64,000 bases of DNA from contig NW_003314313.1 of NCBI RefSeq assembly GCF_000143415.4, positions 771,430-835,429 on the forward strand, in the 5' to 3' direction. Of the stretch, positions 61,998-64,000 are shown in pieces. The position numbers and the translations under genes were made by a program. The DNA comes from Selaginella moellendorffii (Eukaryota; Plantae; Lycopodiophyta). Position 1 is the stretch's first letter, and each line of letters begins with the position of its first letter. Below the pieces are notes generated by a model. That model was not told where the DNA came from. It saw only the letters and a program-made list of their open reading frames with translations, and did not search any database.

Positions 61998-64000
61998 ATG
62001 GGCGGCCACAGCGCTACGTTCGTCGAGGTTTGTGAGTCTCCCTGCATTGCAGCTCTATAGCTCCTCCATCTGAGCCACCGGGATTTTCTAGGTTCCTTTG
62101 CTTGGACATGACAAGGAGGAAGGCGTCATACTCCAGCCGTGTACCAGGCAGTCTACGCTCAAGCGCTGCGCTGTGAAGTCGAAAGCTTCGCAGGTTCAGG
62201 GAATGGGCAACGAAAAGCGGAAGTTTGAGAGCGACGAGAAGGAGAACAGCGTTGCCGCTCGGAAGAAGCTCAAAGCGTCGAAAGGGAAAACAATGGAACT
62301 TAAGTTCGTGGGAACAGGGAAGCAAGAGGGAGAAGTGGCTAGCTCTCGGAGAAAACGAAAGAATTCGCAGAAGGCGACGAGTTCTCAGGATGATGAAGAC
62401 TCGGATTACGGTGGAGGTCCTCAAAAAATGATGGAGCTTCAGTCGTTGCAAGACAAGAAAAACGCTAGTGAGGAACTTTCTACGACTGTCGCCCCCAAGC
62501 GCGCCACAAGGAAGCAGAAACGAGTCCAGTTGAAGCAGCTGGTTTCTTCGACGGATTTTCTGCGCGAAGGCGTTGTCAAGGAGGCTGATGGATGTGAAAC
62601 TAGATCGGGCAGTGAAGATCGGCAAGATGCCCAAGCTAAGTCTCAGGCTACTACTTCTGAGGTGTCGACTCCAGGACACAAGGCAAAACACAAAAGTGTC
62701 AAATTTTTATTGAGCTCCACTATCGAAACAGATCATGTGTGGGGAGCTAGCAAAACACCGGAGCTCCAACAAAATGAAGAGGAATGGCGAGCGTAAGGAT
62801 TTTATTTTATTTTTTTCTCTCGTGATGTCTCAAATTTATGTTTGTGGCACAGGATTAATTTGGACGCTGTCAATCCTATGGAGCTGATTGGTAGGAGCTG
62901 CAAGGTGAAAGTTTTGTGTCAATTCCTTCATTGTTCCTGATTGTATTATTTTCAGGTTTTTTGGCCACTAGACAGCAGATGGTACACAGGGGCCATCCAC
63001 GAGTATAATCCCGCATCGAAGAAGCATCGAGTACGTCCAGTGTTTGCGCTTAGATGCGTTGTCTAAATGGTTCTCATGCTGCAGATCGACTACGTTGACA
63101 ACCAAATGGAATGGCTGTGCCTGAGAAATGAGAAGGTGCACTTTCAAATGGGGATCAAGGAAGAAAAAGTGCTGTGCGCTGCTGGCTGCGACGACTATAA
63201 AATGCGTCTTGGCGTCGACGAACTCGCCCTCTTGGCGAATGAGATGGAAAGTTTTGAAGAGCAAATCAGCCACGGGACCGTTGTCTGGGCTAAAGTTAAA
63301 GGTACTAAGCAAATAGACTGGCTATGTGCTCACCGACGATTGTAGGTTGGCCCATGTGGCCTGCGCTTGTCCTTGACGAAGAGCATGCTGAAAAGTGCGG
63401 CTTGGAGCGTCCCCTTAAGAAGTCGACTTTTGCTGTGCAATTTTTTGGCAGCTGTGACTTTGCAAGGTACGTAGGTTATTTTTTCTCACGGTTCATCTTT
63501 TTATTTATCAGTAATAGATTACTCGCTCTTGAAGGCTAAACAATGACAAGATCGTTACATTTTCTAAAGGAGTTCAACTAAAATATCACTCAAAATGCAA
63601 GCGCCCGGCATTCGATCAGGGATTGAGAGAGGTTGAGAGGTGATGTTCTATTCATAGTTCGATAGTTTGTGGCCAAGCGTCTCACTTTTTTTTTTTTTTT
63701 TTCCTATGTAGTTATTTGAAACAGGGAAGGCTTCCAGAGAAAATGGCACAAATGCTCGAGATACAGTCCAAGAGTAGGAATGACGTAGGGAAAGCATCGA
63801 AAACGTCGGATGCAGAAGAATACATTGATGATGAACGAGAGCATCCAACGAAAACCAGGATGGAAGACCTTATGGGGTACCCTCTAGACCTTGGTAGCTT
63901 GAAAATATTAAGCTTGGGTACGTGATTTTGTCTTGGCCTTTTTCTTCTTTTGCTTCTTTTCTAATTACTAGTTTTGACAGGCGAAGTAGCTTTTGATTCT
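61998..64000 (+). CDS. Trithorax-like H3K4 methyltransferase, ATX1/ATX2 type; 5' part, runs off window
   Basis: Tudor-like LIGRSCK|VFWPLDSRWYTG; PWWP VVWAKVKG|WPMWPA..VQFFGSCDFAR; start of FYR-N YPLDLGSLKILSLG. Confidence 0.88.

Overview
Eukaryotic land-plant DNA. Very short introns, the PPR style, a CVNH lectin and ciliary genes suggest a lycophyte such as Selaginella (inference). The first ~41.7 kb is a rearranged, repeat-rich block and the rest is gene-dense. The block holds two copies of one decayed Ty3/gypsy element that arose by a >9.4 kb inverted segmental duplication (1-9425 vs 23063-32483). The second copy is complete at 23782-34369, with ~294-bp LTRs and a decayed ATCGC target-site duplication (TSD). 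Around them lie three tandem mosaic units made of PPR, subtilase, purple acid phosphatase, kelch and SKP1-like gene fragments, plus a small TRIM-like LTR element. Each unit carries a convergent two-gene cassette that the ORF track does not resolve because both genes are spliced. One gene is a 3-exon, 66-aa phytosulfokine-like precursor ending AHVDYIYDFNP, with a non-canonical YIYDF peptide; it is intact in two copies and 5'-truncated in one. The other is a secreted, 10-Cys cyanovirin-N-homolog lectin, identical in all three copies. From 41.8 kb the genes are: an ASK20/21-type SKP1-like gene, a kinesin-2, a PKS/BIG GRAIN1-motif ORF, a type I ROP GTPase, a CEP164-like coiled-coil gene, NOT2, a CCHC/KH gene, a frameshifted Crinkler-like NTPase-nuclease gene, a PPR pseudogene and the 5' part of an ATX1/2-type trithorax gene. 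All calls are by eye; no searches were run.
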